64,000 nt of DNA from an uncultured archaeon (lineage in GTDB: Archaea; Aenigmatarchaeota; Aenigmatarchaeia; QMZP01; QMZT01), in assembly GCA_964346665.1 (NCBI GenBank), contig CAYFVC010000067.1:987-64986 (forward strand), given 5' to 3'. Made by a program: the position numbers and the translations under genes. Of the stretch, positions 19,050 through 28,234 are shown piece by piece; position 1 is the first letter of the stretch, and each line of letters begins with the position of its first letter. Below the pieces are notes generated by a model. It saw nothing but the letters and a program-made list of their open reading frames with translations. It made no database searches and was not told the DNA's origin.

Positions 19050-20606
19050 ATGCTCGAAGCACTGCAAAAAATGATAAAGGAATCGAGGAAGGCGAAGGAA
19101 TGGATCAGCGAGGCGAAGGAACAGATACGCGTGGTTTCGCATTACGATGCGGACGGGATATGTTCCGCTTCTATTATGGTGAAAACTCTGCTCCGCTGGG
19201 AAAAGGATTTCCATTTAACGTTAGTTAAACAGCTGAGTGAAAAAGTTCTGGAATCCCTCGCCGAGGAGAAGCATTCGCTAGTTATATTCCTTGATATGGG
19301 ATCGGGCCAGCTCGAGGGGATAAAGAAACATCTCAATTCCTCTAAGGTTATAATATGCGACCACCACCAGCCTGGGGGAGAACCCAACGAAAATATAGTT
19401 CACATAAACTCCGTTGTGATAGGGATAGAGAACAACATATCGGGTTCGGGAGTGACCTACATACTTTCGCGTACAATCGACCCGAAAAACATAGACCTCA
19501 GCCAACTCGCAATAATAGGGGCGATAGGTGATTCGCAGATAGACGCGATCGGCCCTGACTGGGGTGTGAGCGGCCTTAACAAGGAAATACTTAAAGATTC
19601 CGAAGGCCAGGGAAAAATAAGGGTTTCTAAGGGGTTGAGACTTTGGGGGAGATACACACGTCCTCTCCACAAAGCCCTCGAATATTCAATAGACCCGTAC
19701 ATCCCAGGAATTACCGGATCGGAATCCGCGAGTGTTCAATTCCTCCAGGACCTTAAAATACCCGTTAAAGAAAACGAAAAATGGAGGACTATCGCGGACT
19801 TGAGCCCAGAGGAACAGAAGAAACTCGCTGATGGTATAATCAAGGAAAGGATACGAGCGGATCACGAAAACCCTGAATACATTTTCGGTGATGTTTACGA
19901 TCTCCTAGACAAGGAAGGAGAATTTCGCGATGCTAACGAATTCGCCACAATGCTTAACGCCTGCGGGAAAATGGATAAAGCAGAACTAGGGGTTTCCCTG
20001 TGCCTTAATGGAGAGAAGGCGTTTGATAAGGTTAAAGGTATTCTGGAGAACTACCGAAAAGAGATAGGGAAAGGAGTGAGCTGGATACAATCGAACATTG
20101 AAAACCCGGATATAGTCAAGCGAATGAACGGGATTTACGTCCTGGCGGGAGCGAACATATCAGAACATTTAATTTCGAACGTCATATCGATTATTAACCA
20201 TTCTGGTTTGTTACCTGAAAAACCCTTGTTTGGTTTCGCTGACTCTGAGGACGGGTTGAAGATATCCGCACGAGCGAATGATTCCCTCGTGGAAAAAGGG
20301 GTGAAACTAAACGAGATAATGAGCGAAGTTTCTGGAAAACTAGGAGGCGAGGGAGGAGGACACATGGGTGCAGCGGCGGCTATGGTTCCAAAGGAAAAAC
20401 AGAATGAATTTATAAATATGACAGAACAAATACTTACAAATACCGGAGGTAAGCATGGGAATGAAGAGCAGACCAAGGCTGAGAGAAGAGAAGGAGGAAA
20501 AGAAAGAGGCGAAACTAGAGAAAGAAGCGACTCCAGAGGAGAAGGAAGAGAAGGTTCTAGTGAAAAAGTGGAAAGGAAAGGACTGGTTCAATATTTTGGC
20601 TCCTAG
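19050..20606 (+). CDS. RecJ-like DHH/DHHA1 phosphoesterase (archaeal RecJ/GAN-type nuclease)
   Basis: It has a DHH motif (HYDADGICS...CDHH) and a DHHA1 motif (GGGHxxAAG as GGEGGGHMGAAAAM). Its low-complexity R/E/G-rich C-terminus overlaps rps3ae. Confidence 0.75.
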   Translation: MLEALQKMIKESRKAKEWISEAKEQIRVVSHYDADGICSASIMVKTLLRWEKDFHLTLVKQLSEKVLESLAEEKHSLVIFLDMGSGQLEGIKKHLNSSKVIICDHHQPGGEPNENIVHINSVVIGIENNISGSGVTYILSRTIDPKNIDLSQLAIIGAIGDSQIDAIGPDWGVSGLNKEILKDSEGQGKIRVSKGLRLWGRYTRPLHKALEYSIDPYIPGITGSESASVQFLQDLKIPVKENEKWRTIADLSPEEQKKLADGIIKERIRADHENPEYIFGDVYDLLDKEGEFRDANEFATMLNACGKMDKAELGVSLCLNGEKAFDKVKGILENYRKEIGKGVSWIQSNIENPDIVKRMNGIYVLAGANISEHLISNVISIINHSGLLPEKPLFGFADSEDGLKISARANDSLVEKGVKLNEIMSEVSGKLGGEGGGHMGAAAAMVPKEKQNEFINMTEQILTNTGGKHGNEEQTKAERREGGKERGETRERSDSRGEGREGSSEKVERKGLVQYFGS

Positions 20607-21288
20607 GGAATTGGGAGCGAAACTTCTCGGTCAGACTCCTACAACCGATCCCAAATCTCTTGTCGGAAGGAACATGGAGGTAGGAGTTCCGGATATAACT
20701 GGCGATAGATCCAAATATTACATGAAGGTGAACGTGAGGATAAACAAAATTGAAGGTAAAACGTGCCTAACCTCTTTTAACGGTTTTGAGTGCGCCCGCG
20801 AACATTTGCTGAGGATGGTGAGGAAAAGAAATCAGAAGGTAGAAAATGTTTTTGATGTTGTCACGAAGGACGGGTGGCTTTTGAGGATAAAGCCTTGGAC
20901 AATCCTTAACGGAAAGCCCGCAGCGAGTGTAGAGAGCAAGATGAGGATGTTCACGATGAACTTCTTTAACGAGTTCGCAAAGAAAAACAACACGAGTGAT
21001 TTGATAAGAAAGGTGATTTCAACAGAAATCCAGATGAGGATAAAGAAAGAGGGGAGCAAGATTTATCCGGTCCGCTTCTCCGAGGTCGCGAGGATAAAGG
21101 TTTTGCGATCACCGGAATTCAAGGTGGCCAAACCTAAACCCGAAGAGAAACCCAAGGAGAAGAAGGAAGCAAAACCCGAGAAAAAAGAAAAACCCAAAGA
21201 AGAAAAACCAGAGACAAAGAAAAAGGAACCTGTGAAGGAAACAAAGAAGGAAAAGAAAAAAGAGACGAAACCGAAGAAGAAAAAATAA
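20455..21288 (+). CDS. rps3ae: 30S ribosomal protein S3Ae (eS1) with K/E-rich N- and C-terminal extensions
   Basis: It has the eS1 core (KKWKGKDWFNILAP...MKVNVRINK). The C-terminal tail is about 80 aa and lysine-rich (KPKEEKPKEKKE...). The true start may be the internal GTG near 20560. Confidence 0.8.
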   Translation: MGMKSRPRLREEKEEKKEAKLEKEATPEEKEEKVLVKKWKGKDWFNILAPRELGAKLLGQTPTTDPKSLVGRNMEVGVPDITGDRSKYYMKVNVRINKIEGKTCLTSFNGFECAREHLLRMVRKRNQKVENVFDVVTKDGWLLRIKPWTILNGKPAASVESKMRMFTMNFFNEFAKKNNTSDLIRKVISTEIQMRIKKEGSKIYPVRFSEVARIKVLRSPEFKVAKPKPEEKPKEKKEAKPEKKEKPKEEKPETKKKEPVKETKKEKKKETKPKKKK

Positions 21289-21306
21289 TTTATTATTTTT
21301 AAATCA
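21289..21306 (+). terminator. Oligo-T/A-T tract (tttattatttttaaatc) immediately after rps3ae stop
   Basis: It is a T-rich run typical of archaeal intrinsic termination and was read directly from the sequence. Confidence 0.25.
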
Positions 21307-21328
21307 AACACGGATAGAAACTAATATT

Positions 21329-21970
21329 ATGGTCGAATTTCATAAGAACAAGTTGTATCAAGATGACTGGACTGTGGGCAAGGCGAGCGGTGAGATAAAG
21401 GAAGGTCTGGACCTGCTCAGGAAGGTAGATTCAAAGATAATTGTTTTTCAGGGTTCTTCAAAGATTAAACCAGGAAGCAAACATTACGAGCATGCAAAGA
21501 AACTCGCTTTTGAATTGGGAAAGAAGGATTATGTAATAATGACCGGTGGAGGGCCTGGGGTAATGCACGCCGCGAATTCAGGTGCCACAGAAGCGAAAGT
21601 TAGGTCAATAGGTTGTAGAGCTGAACTGCTTAAAAGGGAAAGGGTTACTGATGATATATACACTGATACTTTGGATTTCCATTTCTTCTTCGCGAGAAGG
21701 TTCATAATGTTGATAAAGACAGAGGCAATGATATTCTATCCAGGAGGTTTCGGGACGCTTAACGAATTGCTTGAGAACGCAATGCTCATGCAGAATGAAA
21801 TCGTTGATTGCATCCCCCTGATCTGCGTTGGGAAATCGTATTGGAATGGTTTATTCAAATGGCTGAAATCAAGAGCTCTGAAAAACAAGTATATGAGTGA
21901 AATCGACTTCAATCTAATACACGTGATGGATGAAATCCCGAAAATTATAAAATTTGTCGATTCTTTATGA
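21329..21970 (+). CDS. LOG-family protein (TIGR00730 Rossmann-fold nucleotide-binding; cytokinin riboside 5'-monophosphate phosphoribohydrolase-like)
   Basis: It has the GGGPGVM and PGGFGTLNEL motifs, which are diagnostic of the LOG/YvdD family. Confidence 0.8.
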   Translation: MVEFHKNKLYQDDWTVGKASGEIKEGLDLLRKVDSKIIVFQGSSKIKPGSKHYEHAKKLAFELGKKDYVIMTGGGPGVMHAANSGATEAKVRSIGCRAELLKRERVTDDIYTDTLDFHFFFARRFIMLIKTEAMIFYPGGFGTLNELLENAMLMQNEIVDCIPLICVGKSYWNGLFKWLKSRALKNKYMSEIDFNLIHVMDEIPKIIKFVDSL

Positions 21971-22755
21971 AAAACCAAATTCTGAAAAAGGGAGTGGTTC
22001 TGGTTGACAAGCCCAAAGGAATCACGAGCTTTGACGTTGTTGAAATGGTGTGTGAGACCTTAGGCATTAAAAAGGCCGGACACACAGGGACGCTCGACCC
22101 TAACGTCACGGGGTTGATGCTTCTCGCCCTCGAAGAATCCCGAAAGGCTATGCCCATCCTTATGGGGATGGACAAAGAATACGAAGGGAAAATGTTATTA
22201 CACGGAGAAGTGGAAAAGGGAAGGATAGAAAAGACATTCAAAAAATTCACCGGCGAGATCGTCCAGAAACCCCCTGTCAAATCAAGGGTCGCTCGCGTGG
22301 AGAGAAAAAGAAAGGTTTACTTTCTGGATATTCTCAGGATAAATGGAAGAGAAATCGAGTTCAGAGTTAAGTGTGAAGCAGGGACTTATGTGCGAAAACT
22401 GGTTCATGATATTGGAGAGGAACTAGGGTGTGGCGCACACATGACGGGTTTGAAAAGAACGAAGATCGGACCCTTCGAATTGAAGGAATCGGTTCCACTT
22501 TCGAAACTATCAGAAAAAAATGTAATCCCTCTCGAAAGAATTCTCGAAAGGATCAAGCTGAAAAAGATAACCGTTAAAGAGCAAGCGATACCCAAAATAA
22601 GGAACGGCTCACCTGTCTTTCCGGAGTGGATTGTAAAACGAGAGAAAGCGAAGGAAAATGAAATCGTGGGGATTTTCGACAAAGGTGGGGAGATAATAGC
22701 CCTGGGGAAACCCTTAGGCAAGAAAGTAAAAACGGACAGGGTTTTCAACTTCTGA
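21967..22755 (+). CDS. cbf5: tRNA pseudouridine synthase TruB/Cbf5 with C-terminal PUA-like domain
   Basis: It has the TruB catalytic motif (GHTGTLDP with the catalytic Asp), and its C-terminal region resembles a PUA domain. The 4-nt overlap with the LOG gene suggests coupling. Confidence 0.8.
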   Translation: MKNQILKKGVVLVDKPKGITSFDVVEMVCETLGIKKAGHTGTLDPNVTGLMLLALEESRKAMPILMGMDKEYEGKMLLHGEVEKGRIEKTFKKFTGEIVQKPPVKSRVARVERKRKVYFLDILRINGREIEFRVKCEAGTYVRKLVHDIGEELGCGAHMTGLKRTKIGPFELKESVPLSKLSEKNVIPLERILERIKLKKITVKEQAIPKIRNGSPVFPEWIVKREKAKENEIVGIFDKGGEIIALGKPLGKKVKTDRVFNF

Positions 22756-22835
22756 GAACTTAAAGATAAAAACCCGAAATCATATTGAATAATATTAACC
22801 GAAACAGAACTACGTTCTGTTTCATTCGAAATCTT

Positions 22836-22947
22836 GCCTCGGTAGCTCAGTGGTAATTTCGTAGGAAGCAGATTACATCTGCTTCGATCGCTAGGGAGCG
22901 TTCGCTTGGTAAGCGAAAGGTCGCGAGTTCAATCCTCGCCCGAGGCT
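22836..22947 (+). tRNA. tRNA-Thr(GGU) with a ~37-nt intron in the D-loop (non-canonical position)
   Basis: The acceptor stem is 7 bp (gcctcgg/ccgaggc). The D-stem is gctc/gagc. The anticodon arm ttcgc-ttGGTaa-gcgaa is uninterrupted. The T-arm is gcgag-ttcaatc-ctcgc and the discriminator is t. About 37 extra nt lie between the D-stem halves and contain a perfect 9-bp hairpin (gaagcagat-tac-atctgcttc). Confidence 0.7.
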
Positions 22948-23003
22948 TTTGCTTTTTCTCATTACACAAAAACAATTTAAATAAAACACGCGTATAAGAT
23001 AAC

Positions 23004-23096
23004 ATGCCTTGCGGAAGGAAAAGAAAGAGAAAGAAGATGAAGAAGCATAAACTAAAGAAGAGAAGGAAGAAGATGAGGCACAGGAGAAAGAAATAA
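23004..23096 (+). CDS. rpl41e: Ribosomal protein L41e (eL41)-like micro-ORF (30 aa)
   Basis: The ORF (MPCGRKRKRKKMKKHKLKKRRKKMRHRRKK) is extremely basic. Its pattern KKxMxxxLKxRRKxMRxR parallels eL41 (KKRMRRLKRKRRKMRQR). It is too short to appear in the ORF track. Confidence 0.45.
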   Translation: MPCGRKRKRKKMKKHKLKKRRKKMRHRRKK

Positions 23097-23156
23097 CAGT
23101 AATAACTACTTTTAAGGGGTTAAAATATATTTAAATACTCAAATGAAGATTTAAAC

Positions 23157-23954
23157 ATGGCATATAGACCGGATCTTATACTCCTAGTAGACTTCGATGA
23201 AGGGAAATATAGTAAAGGAAGAAAGAATCCACTCTCTGTAAACCAGATTCCTCTAATGCGTTTTCGCGGTTTGTCTTATTTAGGAAAAAATTTGATGAGT
23301 TTTGATGGTAGTCCTGAATACGATAAAAATCAAATAAGGCATGTTATTAAAGCATTTGCCAAATTCCCTGTCAAAATAAAATGTTACGGGGGATCGAAAA
23401 AATGTAGTGGAGTTGCTGAAAAAATTGTCATTCCTTGGGAAATGGTTCACAAACATGATGAACAGGTGGGACCCGAATTAAGAAAACAATTTTACGTTGA
23501 TCAAAGTCAGTTTTGCTGTATAAACTGTTACAATGATAAGAAATATAGAGAAGTTGAGAATGATAAATTAGCTGGTCTCACGGCCCTGCCGATAAGTTTC
23601 GGCATTGCTGTTGCTGGTAAAAAGAGATTTGGAACTAATTTGGATAGAACAGAACTTCACAGAAAATTGAAAAAAATAGCATACCAGTTAATCTCCCAAG
23701 ATACCGGAGAGATAATTGACCCTTATGAAATGAAAGAGCTTTCAAGAATTAGCAAAAAAGGTGCCAAGGAAATAGTTAATAAACTTCTTGGAATTCAAAG
23801 ACCTCCAAAAGAACCAGAACAGGGGGAACTTTTCGATTTGGAACGGAAAAAAGTTAAACGTAAAGAAATTGAATATAAAGAAAGACCTATATTTATATTG
23901 AAAAGAGCACCTCAAAAGAATAAAGGACAACTCATGATTGAAACTAACCTTTAA
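23157..23954 (+). CDS. Hypothetical protein (Cys-containing, AT-rich gene next to tRNA-Thr)
   Basis: The 265-aa ORF carries CYGGSKKC and CCINC cysteine clusters and lies in a region of lower GC. No recognisable family was found. Confidence 0.4.
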   Translation: MAYRPDLILLVDFDEGKYSKGRKNPLSVNQIPLMRFRGLSYLGKNLMSFDGSPEYDKNQIRHVIKAFAKFPVKIKCYGGSKKCSGVAEKIVIPWEMVHKHDEQVGPELRKQFYVDQSQFCCINCYNDKKYREVENDKLAGLTALPISFGIAVAGKKRFGTNLDRTELHRKLKKIAYQLISQDTGEIIDPYEMKELSRISKKGAKEIVNKLLGIQRPPKEPEQGELFDLERKKVKRKEIEYKERPIFILKRAPQKNKGQLMIETNL

Positions 23955-23980
23955 AAACCTCGCATTACAAACTTTATTAA

Positions 23981-24244
23981 ATGAAAGAGTTTAGTGACTT
24001 GAACACCTCTAGGATTTCTTTGGGGGTCCATACCATCACAGGAATAATAGCAGGATATCTTTCGATTTTCTTGGAGAGGGCGCTTTATTCCTTGGGTCTC
24101 GCCATCCTGATACTGATAATAACGGGATACGTAATAGAGTTCGTTTTGAAGAAGAAAGGAATAAAGTGGTGGATGACGAATGGCGGAATCCTTTACATTC
24201 TCGTCTGGCTTGTGAGCTGGGTTTTCTTTTTCAATCTGCCTTGA
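23981..24244 (+). CDS. Small 3-TM membrane protein, hypothetical (upstream partner of get3)
   Basis: The 87-aa ORF has three hydrophobic helices. It ends 12 nt before the get3 start. Confidence 0.45.
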   Translation: MKEFSDLNTSRISLGVHTITGIIAGYLSIFLERALYSLGLAILILIITGYVIEFVLKKKGIKWWMTNGGILYILVWLVSWVFFFNLP

Positions 24245-24256
24245 TCGAGGTGAATT

Positions 24257-25204
24257 ATGCTGGGTTTAAAAAGCAAGGAAACGCAATTTTGCCTGTTTGC
24301 AGGCAAAGGGGGAGTTGGAAAAACAAGCATGGCAGCAGCTGCCGCTTTGCATTTCGCGAGCAAGGGAAAGAAAACCCTGATAATATCAACCGACCCAGCC
24401 CATTCATTATCAGATTCTTTTGAAACGAAAATAGGAGGAGAAATCCGAAAACTACGAAAGAATTTGTTTGCGGTTGAAATCGATCCCAAGAAGGCAATGG
24501 CTGAATACAAGGAGAGGATCACACCACAGATAGAGAAGGTGGATTTTCTGAAAGGACTGGGTTTGGAGGATACGTTAGATTTCGCTGGGAGCACACCTGG
24601 AATAGATGAGATGGCTGCATTTGATAAGTTTTTGCAATACATGCAATCAAAGGATTACGACGTGATAATTTTTGATACGGCTCCAACAGGGCATACACTC
24701 CGCTTCCTTTCGTTGCCCGATGTCTTGGATTCGTGGGTCGGGAAGATGATAAGCATACGTTTGAAATTCTCCGGTTTTATCAACACTTTCAAGAAATTCC
24801 TGCCTTTCGGAGAGCCGGAAAAGGAAGAAAAGAAACTCGGGACAGAGCAGCTCGATGAGATAAAGGAAAGGATAGAGAAGGCAAGGAAGATTATGAGTAA
24901 TAAAGAGAAAACGCATTTCAACCTCGTTATGATACCTGAAGCGATGAGCATATACGAATCCGAACGTTCGATTTCGATATTGAATGAATACGGGATACCA
25001 ATAAAGACGATCGTTGTGAACCAGTTAATACCCGAAAACAGAAAATGCCCGTTCTGCACGGAGAAGAGAAAGCTCCAGAAGGAAAGGCTGGAAGAAATAA
25101 GAAAGAAATTCAAGGGTTATAAGATCCTTCGAATCCCGATGCACAAGGAAGAAGTTAAGGGGTTTGACATGCTCGAGAAAGTGGGGAAAGAATTATATCC
25201 TTAG
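24257..25204 (+). CDS. get3: ArsA/Get3-family ATPase (archaeal Get3-like, CxxC zinc motif)
   Basis: It has a deviant Walker A (GKGGVGKTS) and an A-loop/switch region. The CPFC motif near the C-terminus is characteristic of Get3-type rather than ArsA pump ATPases. Confidence 0.8.
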   Translation: MLGLKSKETQFCLFAGKGGVGKTSMAAAAALHFASKGKKTLIISTDPAHSLSDSFETKIGGEIRKLRKNLFAVEIDPKKAMAEYKERITPQIEKVDFLKGLGLEDTLDFAGSTPGIDEMAAFDKFLQYMQSKDYDVIIFDTAPTGHTLRFLSLPDVLDSWVGKMISIRLKFSGFINTFKKFLPFGEPEKEEKKLGTEQLDEIKERIEKARKIMSNKEKTHFNLVMIPEAMSIYESERSISILNEYGIPIKTIVVNQLIPENRKCPFCTEKRKLQKERLEEIRKKFKGYKILRIPMHKEEVKGFDMLEKVGKELYP

Positions 25205-25207
25205 GGA

Positions 25208-26458
25208 TCATGTTCCTTCTTCCCAGCCTGATAAATACTTCTCTTGATCTTCCGTGAGCTTATCGATTTTTATCCCCATTGACTCGAGTTTCAACTTCGC
25301 TATCCGAGAATCGATCTCCTTTGGGAGTTTGTATACCTTAGGTTCGAATTTCCCCTTGTTCTTGAGAATATATACTGCCGCTAATGCTTGGTTAGCGAAA
25401 GACAGGTCCATCACTTCGCTCGGATGTCCCTCCGCTGCGGCGAGGTTCACGAGCCTTCCCTCAGCAATAAGGTATATCTTTCTCCCGTCCCTTAGCATGT
25501 ATTCCTCCACATTGTCTCTTATTTTTTTCTTGCCCTTTGAAACCGTTTCTAGTTCTGGCAGGTTTATCTCCACATCAAAGTGGCCTGAGTTCGCGATTAT
25601 CGCCCCAGATTTCATGGAAGCAATATGTTTTCGAGTGATCACGTTCTTGTCCCCCGTTGCTGTAACGAAAATGTCCCCCATTCTAGACGCCTCAGACATC
25701 GGCATAACAGAAAAACCATCCATCACCGCCTCTAACGCCTTCAATGGGTCAACTTCCGTTACTATCACGTTTGCTCCCATACCTTTCGCACGCATCGCTA
25801 TCCCTCTTGCACACCACCCGTAACCAGCAACCACGAAGTTCTTCCCAGCAAGAAGGACGGATGTCGCCCTTAGTATACCATCGATAGTGGATTGTCCTGT
25901 TCCATACCTGTTGTCGAAGAGATATTTAGTGTACGCATCATTAATCGCTATTATGGGGTATTTTAAAGCGGAATCCCTCTCCATTGCCCGGAAGCGGATA
26001 ACACCAGTCGTTGTCTCTTCCGTGCCAGCAATTATATTCTTCAACAAATCTTCCCTTCTTCCGTGAACCCTCGTGACCAAATCCCCACCGTCATCCATCG
26101 TTATGTCAGGGTTGAAATCGAGAACGCTGTCAATACACCAGTAGTAATCCTCTTTTTTCACCCCTCTCCAGGCGAAGACGTTTATCCCTTCCTTGACAAG
26201 GGCAGCTGCCACATCGTCCTGCGTGCTCAAGGGGTTCGAACCGCATAAAGCGACTTTCGCTCCCCCTTCCTTCAAGGTTTTAACAAGAACAGCGGTTTCC
26301 TTCGTCACGTGCAAGCAGCACGAGACCGTTACGCCTTTCAAAGGCTTTTCCTTTTGAAATCTTTCTCGTATATTCATTAGAACGGGCATGTGATCTTCAG
26401 CCCAGCGGATTTTCATCTCTCCCTCTTTCGCCAATTTCAAATTCTTGACCTTGCTCAT
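25208..26458 (-). CDS. ahcY: Adenosylhomocysteinase (S-adenosyl-L-homocysteine hydrolase)
   Basis: It has an NAD-binding motif ([10 protein letters not shown]) and the conserved HFDVEI and DDGGDL motifs of SAHH. Confidence 0.9.
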   Translation of the reverse strand: MSKVKNLKLAKEGEMKIRWAEDHMPVLMNIRERFQKEKPLKGVTVSCCLHVTKETAVLVKTLKEGGAKVALCGSNPLSTQDDVAAALVKEGINVFAWRGVKKEDYYWCIDSVLDFNPDITMDDGGDLVTRVHGRREDLLKNIIAGTEETTTGVIRFRAMERDSALKYPIIAINDAYTKYLFDNRYGTGQSTIDGILRATSVLLAGKNFVVAGYGWCARGIAMRAKGMGANVIVTEVDPLKALEAVMDGFSVMPMSEASRMGDIFVTATGDKNVITRKHIASMKSGAIIANSGHFDVEINLPELETVSKGKKKIRDNVEEYMLRDGRKIYLIAEGRLVNLAAAEGHPSEVMDLSFANQALAAVYILKNKGKFEPKVYKLPKEIDSRIAKLKLESMGIKIDKLTEDQEKYLSGWEEGT

Positions 26459-26516
26459 TCGAACACCTTTGAAAATGAATTTTTACATTTTAGTTTGGTA
26501 ATATAAATATATAACT

Positions 26517-27533
26517 ATGTTAAAGCAAACGAAAGAAATGCTAGAGGCGTTGAAAACCCCAGAATCATACGATTCGCCTGTTAAGGAAATAAGCTTAATT
26601 CAAACGCACATTTCCTGGGTCTTTCTGACAGGAGACTTCGTTTACAAGATAAAGAAGCCAGTGGATTTCGGGTTTCTCGATTTCACCACACTCGAAAAGC
26701 GGATGAAGTTCTGCAAAAAAGAGCTCGAAATCAACCGGATGTTTTCTCCGGAGATGTACATTGATGTTCTCCCCGTGAACAAATTCGACCACATGATCAA
26801 GATAAACGGGCCGGGGGAAACGATAGACTACGCAATAAAGATGAAGCAGCTTCCCCAGGAAAACCTCATGAACAGGCTGTTGGAGAAGAACCTGATTGAA
26901 ACAAAGACCATTGACAAGATCATTGATATTATTATCGATTTCTACTCAAAGACCCAGACATATACAGACCCACATTCCATAGGCTCTCTTGAAACCGTTA
27001 AATTCAACTGGAAGGAGAACTTTAGACAGACCCGCCCTTTCATCGGGGAAACGATCGACCAGAAAACATTCGATACGATCGAAAGGAAAGTTTCTGAATT
27101 CATGGAGAAAAATAGCGAGCTATTCAGCAAGCGCCTTCGCGAGGGGAAAGTCAAGTGGTGTCACGGGGATTTGCACTCAGGGAACATTTTCGTTGTGAAC
27201 GAAAAGATATACATATTCGATGCGATCGAGTTCAACGAGCGCTTCGCTTGTTCGGACGTTGCAAGCGATATAGCATTCTTCTTGATGGATCTCGATTTCC
27301 ATCACAGGAAATTCCTTTCCGATTATTTTCTGAAAAGATACGTAGAGAAAACCGGGGACAGCGAAGTAACAAAATTCCTTGATTTCTACAAGTGTTACCG
27401 GGCGTTTGTGAGGGGGGAGGTGACAGGATTCAAAATTAACGATCCCAATGTGCCTGATTTCGAAAAGAAGGAGGCGAAAAACACCGCCAAGATGTACTTT
27501 CAGCTCGCCCTCGAATACGCGAAGAATTTCTAA
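26517..27533 (+). CDS. Protein-kinase-like phosphotransferase (APH/choline-kinase fold family)
   Basis: It has a catalytic-loop motif (HGDLHSGNIF) followed by a D-x-x-E-F-N-like metal-binding segment (IFDAIEFNERF). Both are hallmarks of APH-family kinases. Confidence 0.55.
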   Translation: MLKQTKEMLEALKTPESYDSPVKEISLIQTHISWVFLTGDFVYKIKKPVDFGFLDFTTLEKRMKFCKKELEINRMFSPEMYIDVLPVNKFDHMIKINGPGETIDYAIKMKQLPQENLMNRLLEKNLIETKTIDKIIDIIIDFYSKTQTYTDPHSIGSLETVKFNWKENFRQTRPFIGETIDQKTFDTIERKVSEFMEKNSELFSKRLREGKVKWCHGDLHSGNIFVVNEKIYIFDAIEFNERFACSDVASDIAFFLMDLDFHHRKFLSDYFLKRYVEKTGDSEVTKFLDFYKCYRAFVRGEVTGFKINDPNVPDFEKKEAKNTAKMYFQLALEYAKNF

Positions 27534-27850
27534 GTTTTCTTTTTCTTCTTGAGCATCCCATTCATGGACTCTTCTCCGTAAAGGGTTTGCTCATAGAGTT
27601 CAGGGTATTTCTCAAGAATTTCGATACCGTTGAGGTTCGGATCGCTTATCTCCCACACGTAAGAATTCTTCTTTTTGTCAAAGTTTTTTCTTACAAACCC
27701 GGTTTTTTCCAGAACCACCATGTTGGGGACGAGGGTTTCGAGGTTTCTTGGAGATTTGTCTGCGACGTGGTTTATGATCTCGTTCGTGGTCACAGGCCTG
27801 TTCTGTTTCTCCAAAAGTTCCTTCAGCAGGTTGAAAGTTATTATCGGCAT
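27530..27850 (-). CDS. Hypothetical small protein (possible winged-helix)
   Basis: The 106-aa ORF has a 4-nt overlap with the convergent kinase gene end and a C-terminal poly-Lys tail. The family assignment is weak. Confidence 0.3.
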   Translation of the reverse strand: MPIITFNLLKELLEKQNRPVTTNEIINHVADKSPRNLETLVPNMVVLEKTGFVRKNFDKKKNSYVWEISDPNLNGIEILEKYPELYEQTLYGEESMNGMLKKKKKT

Positions 27851-27852
27851 GT

Positions 27853-28185
27853 TCAGACCGCCTTTATGAATTTACACTCTGGATCGACTTCCACGAAGTG
27901 TTTCGCTCTCCCCTCCCTGAATTCTCTGCACTGGTTTTCAGGAATATTGTCAACATTTTCCCTCGGCGAGTGAGCGACATCGCAAACCCAGTCTTCCACA
28001 TCCCAGTTCGGATTGTCGTCCGAGAGGCAGGGACCGTTCGAAAGATCTTCACCGGCTGACAACTTAGTTTCACATAACTCTCTGCACATCTCTACTTCTA
28101 TATCCTCATCCTCTGGAAATACATATACATCTACACAACCAGAAACTAGTATAATTCCCACCAAAAATATGAGAATCCACCTCAA
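27853..28185 (-). CDS. Small secreted Cys-rich protein (lipobox-like LVSGC signal)
   Basis: It has an N-terminal signal peptide followed by eight Cys and an acidic region. It is adjacent to the preceding ORF. Confidence 0.4.
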   Translation of the reverse strand: MRWILIFLVGIILVSGCVDVYVFPEDEDIEVEMCRELCETKLSAGEDLSNGPCLSDDNPNWDVEDWVCDVAHSPRENVDNIPENQCREFREGRAKHFVEVDPECKFIKAV

Positions 28186-28234
28186 ACAATCACCCCATTC
28201 AAACTTGGTTCTTTGATTTAAAAATTATCAATGT

